The notes: a model not told the origin generated them from the letters alone. Positions 1 to 10,660 are shown, counted from the stretch's first letter. The stretch: 64,000 bases of DNA from Terriglobia bacterium (GCA_963664115.2 CAXWPJ010000005.1:128001-192000); one strand, 5' to 3'. Made by a program: numbers and translations.

Positions 1-2399
1 CCCCACAGATGACGTGTGGTGTTGCCGATGTAGTTCGCCTGTACCATCCAGTCGTTTCCAAACTGTCTCTGGACGCTCAGGTTCCACTGGGCCACCTTCA
101 TGTTCGGCGTGTCGAAATCCATGGCCGTGGCGATGCCGTTATTGGTCCATGGTAGATCAACGGGAACGCCCCCACCGAAGGGCACCAAGCCCGGATCTCC
201 GCCGGGGTGGTCCGCCCAGGGGTCCTCCCAATCGATATCGTCCAATTGAATCCGGTTGTTCCAGGGTGGCACGGTCGTCAAGCTCCGCTGGTAGATCGCG
301 GCCGGATAGTCATAGAAGGTTCCCAACGACGCCCGAACCGAAGTGCGGCCGTCTCCGTTGACGTCCCACGCGAGCCCGACGCGCGGGGAGAAATTCTTCC
401 ACTGATTGTTCTGCCCCTGGCCGTCCGGGAACCCGGGGTCCCCGTCGAAGGACAGGCCCGGCGGCGCGTTGATAAAGCGGGCGGTCTGGACGCCCGCTAG
501 CATATCCGCCGCGCTGAAGTGAATCGAGGTGCCGTCCGTGTTGACCTGCGGGAAGAAGGGCTCCCACCGCACGCCGTAATTCAACGTCAGATTCTGAGTC
601 ATCCGCCAGGTATCGGCGAAGTACATGTTGAAGTACTTGGACCGGTTGTGCTGCTCGATCGGGGCGCCGATTCGGAGTCGGGATGCCCTTCCCAGGAGAA
701 AGTCCGCCAACCCCAAACCCGTCGTTTGGCCGTTGAACGTAAACGGCGCGGAATTGTTGGCGGTTGAAGCCGAGTCGATCCACCACCAGGCCGACGACAC
801 GCCGAAGCCCAACTGATGGTCCCCGCTGATGACGCTCACATCATCGTTGAACGCGAACATGTTCATCACCATGGGCCCTACCGCGGTACCCACATCGAAC
901 CCACCGTCGACATCAATGTTGGGAGTTTCCGGCAACATAAAAAATGACTTGATTCCCAGCAACCCGTTGCCGCAATTGCAGTTCGAAAAGTCCGGGCCGG
1001 TCTTGCCGCCGTCCAGATCATTGCCCGTGATGCGGAATGAATTGACGATGTTGGCGCCAAACAGATAGGTGCTCCCCAGCGTAAAGGCCTGGACCTGCGC
1101 GTCCGCCCCGTTGTTCACACTGAACAGGTTCTGGTTCAGGTCGAAGCCGGTCGGCACAAGACGGGATTCATACAAATACCGGGCAAACAACGAGTGGTTG
1201 TTGGTCACCTGATAGTCGAGCCGGCCGATGACCGCCTCAAAGTCGTCGTGCAGGGGATTGCCGTAGCTGACCTCGCCGCAGGGATCGTTCGACGACTGCA
1301 GAAACGACGCGAACTTGACAGCGGCAGGGCTGAACAAAGCCGGGTCGATCTGATTGTTGACGAACGGTGCATCAAGTGTCACCGCACGCCGGTTGCATCC
1401 GGCCCCGGCGAAGTCCCTGAAATCGCCGGCCAGCATTGCCTGGGTGGGCACAAACGCAAATTCTGCCGCAGGGTCCTGCCGGATCCGCGTCCCCTGGTAG
1501 CCCGCAAAGAAGAAGAGCTTGTTCGGGACAATGGGCCCGCCGATCGTGCCGCCAAACTGGTTGCGCTTGATGGTGTCGCGCTCTTTCTCGAAAGCGCCCC
1601 GAGCGTTGAACTTGCCATTCCTCACAAACTCGAACAAATTGCCATGGAACTGGTTCGTTCCGGATTTCGTCACCAAGCTCACGGTGCCGGCGGATTTCAC
1701 GCCCCCGGTGGCCGACGTGGCGCTGGTCTCGACCTTGAACTCCTGCATCGCGTCGGGAAACGGCATCGACAGGTAGGAGCCCTGGAAGGGGTTGTTGTGG
1801 TTCGCCCCATCCAGTGTGTAATTCAGTGCGGAGTTCAGCCCGCCGGCGACCGACACATTACCCCTGGCAAAGGGGTCTCTACGACTGCCCGTCAGCGTTG
1901 CCGCCGGGGCGACGCCGCCCGCCAGGGCGATCAACTCCACCACCGAACGCCCATTGAGTGGGAGTTCCAGAATCCGCTCATTCTCGATGATCTCCCCCAC
2001 GCCGATCGCCCGCGTTTCCACAAGCGCGGCGTTGGCCTGAACTTCAATGGTCTGCGTCACCTGTCCCACTTCCAACACCACGTTGATGACCGGAGTGGCG
2101 TTGACCTGCAGGACAATTCCGGTCTGCAGGAACGTCTGAAATCCCGGCAAAACCGCTTCCAGCTGATACGGACCCAATGGCAGGGCCGGCAGAATATAGG
2201 AGCCGGTTTCGTTCGTCACGACCGTTCGGGGGGCACCGGTGTCGGTTTTGGTAGCGGTCACCTCCACGCCAGGTATTAAGGCGCCGGTGGCATCGGTCAC
2301 GGTACCACCGATTTGAGCCGTCGCCTGCGCCCATACCGTGACACAGCTGAAAGCCAGAACCAGCGAAATACTGAATAGACTACTGAATCTACACTTCAT
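1..2399 (-). CDS. Oar-like TonB-dependent receptor with N-terminal carboxypeptidase regulatory-like domain (3' end beyond window edge)
   Basis: Not in the ORF track because it runs off the edge. GGAGGAG RBS, then ATG at 2399; MKCRFSSLFSISLVLAFSCVTVWAQATAQIGGTVTDATGALIPGVEVTAT...ILELPLNGRS is typical of acidobacterial TonB receptors. Confidence 0.88.
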   Translation of the reverse strand, partial: MKCRFSSLFSISLVLAFSCVTVWAQATAQIGGTVTDATGALIPGVEVTATKTDTGAPRTVVTNETGSYILPALPLGPYQLEAVLPGFQTFLQTGIVLQVNATPVINVVLEVGQVTQTIEVQANAALVETRAIGVGEIIENERILELPLNGRSVVELIALAGGVAPAATLTGSRRDPFARGNVSVAGGLNSALNYTLDGANHNNPFQGSYLSMPFPDAMQEFKVETSATSATGGVKSAGTVSLVTKSGTNQFHGNLFEFVRNGKFNARGAFEKERDTIKRNQFGGTIGGPIVPNKLFFFAGYQGTRIRQDPAAEFAFVPTQAMLAGDFRDFAGAGCNRRAVTLDAPFVNNQIDPALFSPAAVKFASFLQSSNDPCGEVSYGNPLHDDFEAVIGRLDYQVTNNHSLFARYLYESRLVPTGFDLNQNLFSVNNGADAQVQAFTLGSTYLFGANIVNSFRITGNDLDGGKTGPDFSNCNCGNGLLGIKSFFMLPETPNIDVDGGFDVGTAVGPMVMNMFAFNDDVSVISGDHQLGFGVSSAWWWIDSASTANNSAPFTFNGQTTGLGLADFLLGRASRLRIGAPIEQHNRSKYFNMYFADTWRMTQNLTLNYGVRWEPFFPQVNTDGTSIHFSAADMLAGVQTARFINAPPGLSFDGDPGFPDGQGQNNQWKNFSPRVGLAWDVNGDGRTSVRASLGTFYDYPAAIYQRSLTTVPPWNNRIQLDDIDWEDPWADHPGGDPGLVPFGGGVPVDLPWTNNGIATAMDFDTPNMKVAQWNLSVQRQFGNDWMVQANYIGNTTRHLW

Positions 2400-2785
2400 T
2401 AATATCTCCTCCACTGAGAGAGCAAGCTGGATCGCGGCCACTCTTATTTGGCGAGTGGCACGCTCTCCTGCTTGACAGGCATCCCATCAATCTCACTGCA
2501 CTACATTTACACGAAACTTCGGAAAACTATACCCCACCGGGGTATGGTGTGCAACCCAAACTAAGGTGGCGCGGGAAGAGGTCTATTTCAATTTTCTGTG
2601 GGGCCCATAGACGCCGTTCGAGGCGGGAATCGCTTTGGACCGGAGATGCCGGGCATCAAGCTGATGAAAAAGGAGTTATACGTCAGGATGGGGAACGCTG
2701 AAACCCAAAGCAATTGGGTTTCAGCGAAGATCAGACCATTTTCCCAGAGTCAGTCGCTGAGAGAACGGCTGGGCCGTCCTCTCTA

Positions 2786-3877
2786 TTAGTCTGAAACGGG
2801 AGTTTTACCCAACAGTCGATCTAGTGTCGCCATGGGTCCGGCCGTATCCCAACCCTGCGGGCCGGGAAGCGTCTTGTGACGCACGACACCATCGGAATCG
2901 AGGACGTAAATGCGATCGGGGAAAGCGGCGTAAGTAATCTCAACCGCGTTGTCAAGCTTGTCGAGAACCGTCGGAAAACTCAGATCGAGGCTCGTCGTAC
3001 AGAGCTCCGCGACCGCTTCCCGCTGGTCATAGGTTTCTGTCTGGTTGACCTGGAGGCCACCGACGATGTTGCCCGGATGGGCCTCTTCGATGTAGACCAT
3101 CAGGAAATTAGCCTCATCCTTATACTCTTGATACCAATCTTCGGTGTCACCGACACCGGCTACGAAGGGGCCTCAGGTGTAACTCCCGAAGATTAGAACT
3201 GTAGGCCTGTTCCACAATGAGGACAGCTGGAGTTCTTTGCCGCCACTCATCCGGTTCAGGGCAAAGTCCGGTGCCTGATCGCCAATACCCGGGCCACGTA
3301 CGACCCGCAGCGAATCGTCGGCTTGCCGGCGGAATTTGCTGATGAACCGGCCGTTCTGCTCAACTGTGTCACCACCGCTCTTGGGCGTGAGAGACAGGGC
3401 ATAATCCGATTTGAAAGTCACCCAGGGCAGCTTGTCGAACTCGTTTCGAAATCCTCCGACCGATGAGTAGGCTTCCGACTCTTCATCGAACACCAGTTCC
3501 GCCGTGAATTTATCGAACACCTCGGATGCGGACAGCAGGGAATCACCCGCTTTCGTGTCGGGCAAATCCGAATGCTCCGGCAACTGCAAGTGGGCGTCAT
3601 AGGTGAACATGAACTGGACTGTTTCCCCATCCCCCGCGGCAAAAGCTTCAGCCCACTGGTCCCGCTGTTTGCGAATGCCGGCAACGTCGACCGAATCGAA
3701 CACGTCCGCCGGTACATTACCCATTTCCTGGGTTCCAATGAACACCGCATCCGGATCCCAGATTGTGTCTTCGTTCAGAACTGCGCTCGAAGGCACTGAG
3801 TTGGTCGCCACCTGATCCGTTGCCGTACAGCCTGCAACAACGGCCAGTAGGACGACGAGGCTTGCAGGAAATCGCAT
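2786..3877 (-). CDS. Putative selenocysteine-containing lipoprotein, NTF2/SnoaL-like domain fused to an iodothyronine deiodinase-like thioredoxin-fold domain (363 aa with UGA read-through at 3173-3175)
   Basis: ORFs 3173..3877 and 2786..3100 are in the same frame, separated only by TGA plus 24 open codons. The joined sequence reads RPTVLIFGSYT-U-GPF...FLMVYIEEAHP...YAAFPDRIYVL, matching deiodinase motifs (RPLVLNFGSCTUP, YIEEAH, YAALPERLY). N-terminal lipobox VAGC. Confidence 0.85.
3139..3172 (-). promoter_or_regulatory. Putative bacterial SECIS hairpin
   Basis: On the minus strand, a perfect 7-bp stem CGGUGUC/GACACCG with apical loop GGU starting 22 nt after the UGA. Confidence 0.65.
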
Positions 3878-4423
3878 GAGCTACCTCACTGGTGATGATT
3901 GCTTGTTTTCAGTCACGAAACTACAGTGCCAAGAACATTATCACCTGCCTATTAAGCGGTCAATATTTTCGCGATACGGTCCTGGGTCGGGCGAGAATCC
4001 TGTTCGTGGTCTGCCTCCCATGCTGAATTTTCTGGGCCCGGTAAACGGCAGTGGTTGGACGGACCGCAGACCTCCGAATTCATGGACGAAGAAAAGGGTT
4101 CCCGGCGACGGCCCATCTTGAAGAATCAGTGCGTCGCTGTTGTCTCTCGAAGAATTTAAGGAGAATATAATCCGTTGACAGTTCAGCGTGGTCCAGCTAA
4201 ATTTCTAGGTTCGTTACTCGCGTCCACGATGCAACCGGTGTGCATCGACCGAAACGACATTCACGGGTGGCGTTAATAATGTACGCTGGAGCAGGTTGGC
4301 AGGGATCGCCAGCGACAGTTCCCGTGCGGACGGCGTTTCACGGGGCGGGCCTGATGGCGCCGCGCCATCATAAGTTTCCGGCGCACTCACTCTGGCGCGA
4401 AGAAAAATGGGGGTTTAACTACA

Positions 4424-5290
4424 ATGCAAAATCGAATCGCTGCCTGGATCGTGGCTGTGGTGTCGGTCCTGTGCCTGTCGGCCGCGCTGTCCCAGACGGT
4501 TCATGCGCAAGTCGACAGCGACGGCTGGAGGCCCTGCCCGCGCTGCCAGAACAATGCGGCCAGAGCCGAAGCCTGGGAAGCAAACAGAATCGACGAGATA
4601 ACGGAATACGACCGGCGTGATCTCACGGGCGTCTGGGGTTTTAACGGCGTAGGCGGGGCCTTCAGGAACAACGCGCCTCCGTTTACAGCTTACGGACAGG
4701 AGCTCCACGAGCAAACCCTGGGAGTGATGCCTGCGAACGGCAGGCTCCGCTACAATCAGGGCTCTGAGAAAGACTACTCCCTGCTGAACTGTAATCCGCT
4801 CGGCAACCCACGGCTGTATAACTACAACTACGGGTTTGAGTTTGTGATGCTGCCCGACAGGGTGCTCCAGTTCTGGGAATTGGATCACACCTGGCGCACC
4901 ATCTGGACGGATGGGCGGAGGCTTCCCGAGTTTGCCCCGGTCCCGAATTGGCTGGGGTGGAGCATCGGGCACTGGGAAGAGGACACCTTCGTTATCGAGT
5001 CCACCGGCTTTGATGAGCGCTCGTGGATCGAGAGAACCCCCGCCCGTGACGGCATGCCTGGCGGCGGCTACCCCCACTCCGAAGAGATGCGCGTCGTGGA
5101 ACGTTACACCCGCGACACCTACGGAACGCTCGAAGCTGACCTGACGATAACCGATCCGATGGTTTATACCGAACCGTGGGTAACGCCGACCGCCAGCATC
5201 GTGCTGGTTCCAGGCGCGGAACTGTGGGAGCATTTTTGTGTGCCGACAGAGTCGGACGCGTTTAACGAAGATTTCAGCGAAAGTGACTGA
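4424..5290 (+). CDS. Exported conserved hypothetical protein, DUF6152-partner family
   Basis: Signal peptide; motifs CNPLGNPR, RTIWTDGR, WSIGHWEEDTFVIES, PHSEEMRVVERYTR shared with paralogues at 11563, 16422, 49578 and 51515. Confidence 0.8.
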   Translation: MQNRIAAWIVAVVSVLCLSAALSQTVHAQVDSDGWRPCPRCQNNAARAEAWEANRIDEITEYDRRDLTGVWGFNGVGGAFRNNAPPFTAYGQELHEQTLGVMPANGRLRYNQGSEKDYSLLNCNPLGNPRLYNYNYGFEFVMLPDRVLQFWELDHTWRTIWTDGRRLPEFAPVPNWLGWSIGHWEEDTFVIESTGFDERSWIERTPARDGMPGGGYPHSEEMRVVERYTRDTYGTLEADLTITDPMVYTEPWVTPTASIVLVPGAELWEHFCVPTESDAFNEDFSESD

Positions 5291-5416
5291 CAGCCAGGTG
5301 CGATGGCTCCGTTGACCCCTGCATCTGCGCAACCGGTTAAATTGTTGACAGGTCAGTGGTCCCGGTGCTTATATGAGGTATGTAAAGTAATGGTATTTAC
5401 TTACAGGAGGTTTGTT

Positions 5417-5815
5417 GTGGATATTCGACGAGGATTGGTGGTTCTGGCAGTTGTCGTGGCGGTCTCTTCCATGCTCGGTAGCGTGGCTCTGGCGCACCAC
5501 GCCCGGTCTGCCTATAGCGAAGAAGATGTAACGCTTGAGGGCGTTGTGGTCGGTTTCACGTGGAGAAACCCGCACGTTCAACTCGCGTTCGACGTGACGG
5601 ACGAAAATGGCAAGACAGAAACCTGGAGAGGCGAATTGTCTGCTGTTACCTCGATGATTGCGGCAGGGCTGAATCGAAACACCTTCAAGGCGGGCGACGC
5701 GGTCAGGGTCGAGGCTCGGATCGCAAATTCCGGCGAGCCTTTTGCCGTTCTCGGTTCGCTCTGGAAGGATGGCACGAAGATTCTCGACGGTGAATACCGA
5801 AGCGAGACTCGCTGA
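5417..5815 (+). CDS. DUF6152 family exported protein
   Basis: AGGAGG RBS before GTG 5417; signal peptide ending ALA-HH; motifs LEGVV..FTWRNPH and W.GEL. Confidence 0.8.
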   Translation: MDIRRGLVVLAVVVAVSSMLGSVALAHHARSAYSEEDVTLEGVVVGFTWRNPHVQLAFDVTDENGKTETWRGELSAVTSMIAAGLNRNTFKAGDAVRVEARIANSGEPFAVLGSLWKDGTKILDGEYRSETR

Positions 5816-6060
5816 GCCGATAACAGGAACCTCCGAAAATACCTCGTCCGGGTATCCGGCTGGATCGCCTGGGCGAGGTTTTTCTTGTGCCCGAGAGCAC
5901 CTATCCTTCCGCTAACGCCACTTTGAAAACATCACCTTTCTAACTCCTTCCTTTTCTCAAAACCATTCTAATGTTCGCTCTGCATTTTCGAAGATGTTCT
6001 GTGCTGCAATAATGAAAATTCCGGGTGCTATACTCGGCGCTCATAGAGGAATTCTGTTGC

Positions 6061-6912
6061 ATGCAGATCGATCCTAAAAAGTGTGTGGCCTGTGCGAATT
6101 GCGTGACTGTGTGTCCGATGAGTGCAATCTATGTCGACACAGTGGCGAACCGCGCCAAGATCGACTACGACGAGTGCGTTGAGTGCGGATCGTGCTACCG
6201 CGGAATGAGCCAGGAGCATCTGAATCCGACCCTGGTCCGCGCGGTGCGCGGGCTCGCTAAGCTATTTCGATTCCGATTTGATCCGGAGCCGGACGTGTGT
6301 CCGACCGGAGCGTTTGTGATGGAAGATCTGGAATGGCCTCGGATTGCCCGCCGTGTGTTCAGCGACCCCGTCGTCGAGCACAAATCCACCGGGATCGCGG
6401 GACGGGGAACGGAGGAGGTTAAGACCAACGATGTCGCGCATCGGATAGGCGTTAACGAAGTCGGCTACGTCATCGAGTTCGGTCGACCCGGAATCGGTGT
6501 CCGATTCCACCAGATCCAATCGATGACGCTGGCGTTGGCCCGTATCGGAGTCGCTTTCGAAGCAAGTAACCCGATTACGCATTTGATGATCGATCAGGCT
6601 AGCGGTGCGCTCCAAGAGGATCTGCTCAACGAGAAGATTCTCTCAGCCATCGTCGAGATCAAAACACCACTCGCGGAAGTGAAGACAGTGCTCCACACGG
6701 TTTCGGATGTGGCGAAACAGATCGACACAGTCATCGCTGTCGGTGTGTCCACACGGTGCGACGAAACCGGAGAAGATCCTCGACTGGCACCGCTGCTCGA
6801 AGAACTCGGCTATCGCTTCGAACGTGCCAAGACCAACATGGGTCTGGGGCGGATCACCAACCTCGAGCTTAGGGAGGGTCAGGGTGACCAACACCTTGCA
6901 TCGGTCCGGTAA
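6061..6912 (+). CDS. 4Fe-4S dicluster ferredoxin-domain protein
   Basis: CVACANCVTVCP and CVECGSC...VCP ferredoxin motifs; GAGGA RBS; C-terminal domain with GRGTEEVKTND and EFGRPG. Confidence 0.8.
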   Translation: MQIDPKKCVACANCVTVCPMSAIYVDTVANRAKIDYDECVECGSCYRGMSQEHLNPTLVRAVRGLAKLFRFRFDPEPDVCPTGAFVMEDLEWPRIARRVFSDPVVEHKSTGIAGRGTEEVKTNDVAHRIGVNEVGYVIEFGRPGIGVRFHQIQSMTLALARIGVAFEASNPITHLMIDQASGALQEDLLNEKILSAIVEIKTPLAEVKTVLHTVSDVAKQIDTVIAVGVSTRCDETGEDPRLAPLLEELGYRFERAKTNMGLGRITNLELREGQGDQHLASVR

Positions 6913-7555
6913 GGCAGACAGCTTCCGGGACGACTACATCATTTTCGCCATGCCGTCGAGGGGCAAGAATGATGTGGGGGCCATAAGGAAGCTCAAAAGC
7001 TTTCTGAAGATTTGTATTCGGCACGATCCGTCGAACATCGGTGCCTCCGGTCAGAGCAGCTATCGCCCCTCGAGCAACCTCAACCCTACCGTTCACTGGA
7101 GACGGGATATCGATCCTGACTTTGAAGGTGTCGTCGAAGGCGTGACAAAAAGTGGAACCGCGGCTGCCGTGTTCGACTCGCGTGAGAAGGCCGTGGCCTG
7201 CCTCCGCGATGTTATCGACCAAGATATGGGGCTCTCGATCAACATCAGCACCTCCGTAGACGGTGCCAGGCAAGCGGGCCTTCAGTGTGGCATCCCACGT
7301 CACAGCGTGGAGTACTCGCTCGGGTTTACAGACCCGAATGACCGTCTGCCGCGGGGTCAGATTCTCGAACTGGCCACGATGTGTGGCCACGGAATGGTTT
7401 CCTTCAACCTGGCGCAGAAGATGATCGACATGGTGCGGGAAGGCCGGCGGACTCCGGCCCAGGCCGTGGCCACTCTGACTCGTTTCTGCCCGTGCGGTGT
7501 CTACAACCCTTCGCGCGCGATCCGGTTGATCGAAGAAGCCTTAAGCCACCAGTAA
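6884..7555 (+). CDS. Conserved hypothetical protein with a Cys-rich C-terminus, partner of the ferredoxin protein
   Basis: GGAGGG RBS before GTG 6884 (TNTLHRSG), overlapping the upstream gene; motifs TMCGHGMVS and CPCGVYNP.RA. Confidence 0.7.
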   Translation: MTNTLHRSGKADSFRDDYIIFAMPSRGKNDVGAIRKLKSFLKICIRHDPSNIGASGQSSYRPSSNLNPTVHWRRDIDPDFEGVVEGVTKSGTAAAVFDSREKAVACLRDVIDQDMGLSINISTSVDGARQAGLQCGIPRHSVEYSLGFTDPNDRLPRGQILELATMCGHGMVSFNLAQKMIDMVREGRRTPAQAVATLTRFCPCGVYNPSRAIRLIEEALSHQ

Positions 7556-7689
7556 GGGTCGCTCTGCTAAGCGTGCGGTCCGCGCAAGCCGATCACCTGA
7601 ATTCCGATCCGACTCAGTAGGTGCGAGCTATGCCCGGCCAAAACAGAGATAGGGCTTACACTGCTCCTCTTTACAGACGTCGCCCCGGA

Positions 7690-9369
7690 TCAAGCTCCTC
7701 TTGGCCTACGGTTTGCCAGTGCAATTGCGATGGCCTGTCGTTCCTCGTTGTAGGGATCGTTCACTTGCCGGCACTCGTTGTTGAAGATCATCGTTGAGCG
7801 CGAGTCGAGATCGAAGGCCGGCCAATCGGACAACATTTCAGTATTCGGATTGCCTGTCCTTGCAAACGCCGCCCAGGCCGCGCTCATCTTGTCGGCAAGT
7901 GGCTGGACCTCGGGGCCCGTACCGACCATCGATGGTGACTGGCTTGCGGTGTCGAGGGCAAAGGGAATATCCATCGTGTGTGCAGCCCGGATAGTCCCGC
8001 CGCTGACCGGCGAATACCACTGGAAGTAGTATCGGTATACCGGTGCCCCGCCTTGCATTCTCTTGCGTTCCATTTCGAGATCGGTGCCCAGGCGGGCGCC
8101 GCCGGCATCGGAGGCCGCAATTAAATAGAGCTCGAGGTTGCTCGCCGCAGGCCTGTTCTTTCGGAATATGGCAGCCACGTCCCCGGCCGTTGAAGCGTCG
8201 ACTCTCAGGGTCTCCTGAAGGCGTCTTTGAAGGCCCGCTTCGTCGAGTTCGTCGTAGTTCATTTCCGCGTCCCAGGTGACCTCGGTCTCGGTGGATCCGA
8301 TCAGGAGCGGGATGTCGGCACAGAGTTCGCTGGCCTCAGGGTCGAAAACGTGTGTCGGCAGTGATGATCCGTCCGCTACGGGACCCAGACGGAACGGCAC
8401 GGCCCCTGGAGTAATCGTCAGATCGAGCAATTGTGCGACGGGTAAGTTCTGGATTTCGCCGATCCGGTTCCTGTCCAGTCCCAGATGGCCGAGGACAGCC
8501 TCCGCGCCCACGGCCGCGTCGCTGGCTGAGCCGCTCCGCACTGCGGATCCGCTCATCACGACGGCTTTGTGGAACAGGCCGCGGGCCGCAGGCATTCCCA
8601 TCAGCGTGCTGACTTTGCCTGCACCACCGGACTGACCCATGATCGTGACGTTTGAGGGGTCGCCGCCGAAGTTCTCGATGTTGTCCCGCACCCATTCCAG
8701 AGCGGCGACGAGATCTTTCATGCCGACGTTGCTCGACTCTGCGTATTTATCCCCGCCGATTTCAGACAGGTGGAGGAAGCCGAAGATGTTCAGGCGATGG
8801 TTGACGGTAACGGCGACGACGTCCTTCTTGCCGGCCAGAGCCGTCCCGTCGTAGTTGTCCCAGGACCCTGCGCCTCGGGAATAACCGCCTCCGTGAAACC
8901 ACACCATGACTGGCCGCCGCGTCCCGTCGTTCGTCGCCGGCGTCCAGACGTTCAGCATCAGACAGTCCTCGCTCATCGCCTCGCCCGGGTTCAAGGGCAC
9001 CGCCGCGGGAATGATTCGGTCACCCTCGGCCCGTATCTGAGGCGAACGCGGTCCCCATTCCAAGGCCTCACGCACGCCGGTCCATGGGGCCGGTTTCGCA
9101 GGGGACATGAAACGGCCGGGGCCCGCCGTCGAAGCGCCGTAGGGCAATCCCTTGAAGCTGTAAACGCCGTTATCGAAAAGGCCGCGGACTCTTCCTGAGG
9201 CTGTATCCGCGATTGCCTCGGCCGCGGTATCACCCCCGACATCACCGCCAGCCGGGCTGCATCCGGCAAGGCCGCCCCCCATCAGAACTCCCGCGGCGAG
9301 AGCGCTCCGTTTCAGGAAAGCCCGCCGGTCCATGCCGCGTACCATCTGTTCCCATTCCCGTGAATTCAT
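7690..9369 (-). CDS. Type-B carboxylesterase, Tat-exported lipoprotein
   Basis: DRRAFLK Tat motif, LAGC lipobox, SEDCLMLNVW, HGGGY, GQSGG nucleophile elbow. Confidence 0.93.
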   Translation of the reverse strand: MNSREWEQMVRGMDRRAFLKRSALAAGVLMGGGLAGCSPAGGDVGGDTAAEAIADTASGRVRGLFDNGVYSFKGLPYGASTAGPGRFMSPAKPAPWTGVREALEWGPRSPQIRAEGDRIIPAAVPLNPGEAMSEDCLMLNVWTPATNDGTRRPVMVWFHGGGYSRGAGSWDNYDGTALAGKKDVVAVTVNHRLNIFGFLHLSEIGGDKYAESSNVGMKDLVAALEWVRDNIENFGGDPSNVTIMGQSGGAGKVSTLMGMPAARGLFHKAVVMSGSAVRSGSASDAAVGAEAVLGHLGLDRNRIGEIQNLPVAQLLDLTITPGAVPFRLGPVADGSSLPTHVFDPEASELCADIPLLIGSTETEVTWDAEMNYDELDEAGLQRRLQETLRVDASTAGDVAAIFRKNRPAASNLELYLIAASDAGGARLGTDLEMERKRMQGGAPVYRYYFQWYSPVSGGTIRAAHTMDIPFALDTASQSPSMVGTGPEVQPLADKMSAAWAAFARTGNPNTEMLSDWPAFDLDSRSTMIFNNECRQVNDPYNEERQAIAIALANRRPRGA

Positions 9370-9555
9370 TTGCTGCTCCTAAACGTTGCCGGCCGGTGTG
9401 GCGATATCCAAATTTTGGAACACTATACTACCGCTTGGACCGAATCGTGAACGCAGGCGAAGGCTGCAGGACCACCGGTCAATTTTGTGTCGGTTGACTG
9501 TATGGGTCTGCTACCCTCCGCTTAACACAATCGCTAGAAATGTTACGTCACCACA

Positions 9556-9614
9556 ACGTCAGAAGGAGACACCCATGAGCTGCTACGTCAGAAGGAGACA
9601 CCCATGAGCTGCTA
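9556..9614 (+). repeat. Perfect 29-bp tandem duplication spanning RBS and start codon
   Basis: ACGTCAGAAGGAGACACCCATGAGCTGCT at 9556-9584 and 9585-9613. Confidence 0.95.
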
Positions 9615-10660
9615 TCGGATACCGATTTTCTTGAGTGTGTTCCTTGCAGCCAGCCCAACCGTGACTCGGGCGACGGCCCAATCCGCCGACGTTCATGTAG
9701 CCGCCGCCAGAACTGCGGCATTCGACCCGGGACTGCACGATTTCACGGGCACCTTTACTGCTGTTTGTGCCGAGCGTGAGCCGGGTACACAGGGTTTGCC
9801 AACACCGGGCGAACCTGCAGATTTCAACGCCCGGCCGATTCCGGAGCGTTCCGAATGGTACATGGAGCCGGTGAAGGTGTTCGACAACCTGTACAACGTC
9901 GGGACCATTTTCCATGTGTGGGCGGTGACAACGTCTGAAGGAATTATCCTGCTCAATTCGGGCAAAGACTACTCCATGGAAGGCGTTGTCGAAGGACTGC
10001 AGTTCATAGGTCTCGATCCGGCCGATGTCGAATATGTCGTCATCCTTGCGCCACACGACTTGCACTATGGGGCAGCCAAACTGTTTCAGGACCGTTATGG
10101 TTCGCGCATCCTGCTGTCCGAAGCCGATTGGAACATCATAGAAGAGACCGAATATGTTCCCGCGAGGCTCAAACCCAGGAAAGACATAGTGTTGATGGAC
10201 GGGCAGAAACTGACTCTCGGCGATACGACGCTGACCGTGCAGGTCACGCCGGGCCACGGCCCGGGCTCGCTTTCGATCCTCGTTAGAAGAGACCGAATAT
10301 GTTCCCGCGAGGCTCAAACCCCTGAGGGACGGCAACCAACGGCATCTGGGTGCGCTGGTTGGAGGTCGGGATTGGAACTTTCTGGAGGAAGGGCTTCACT
10401 ATTTTTCAAGTGAAGAAGAGGCCATAGCAACCTGGCAGGCATCGACCTCCCGGTTTCGGGACATAGCGGCGCGGGCCGGAGCCGATGTCCTTCTGGCGAC
10501 ACGTTCGCACCACGATCAATCAGATTTGAAAAACCGCGCTTTGCGCGCGCGCGGGCCGGGTGAGCCCCATCCCTATGTGGACAGGAATGCCGTCGGCCGC
10601 TACTTGACGGTGATCAGTGAATGCATGAGTGCCCAATTGGCGCGGAGAGCAGGGGAGTAG
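9604..10660 (+). pseudogene. Subclass B3-like MBL-fold hydrolase frameshifted by an internal 34-bp copy insertion
   Basis: Paralogue of 12873..13901. The 38-nt segment 10139-10176 recurs at 10284-10321. Removing 34 nt restores SILVPLRDGNQRHLG...HPYVDRNAVGRYLTVISECMSAQLARRAGE with stop at 10660. Confidence 0.8.

Noticed and set aside
1194-2279. 361-aa plus-strand ORF and neighbouring short ORFs
   Set aside because: Antisense shadows of the minus-strand TonB receptor.
4228-9490. Recurring ACCGGT near TTGAC promoters (about 4234, 5332, 9474)
   Set aside because: Core too short and flanks not conserved enough to call an operator.
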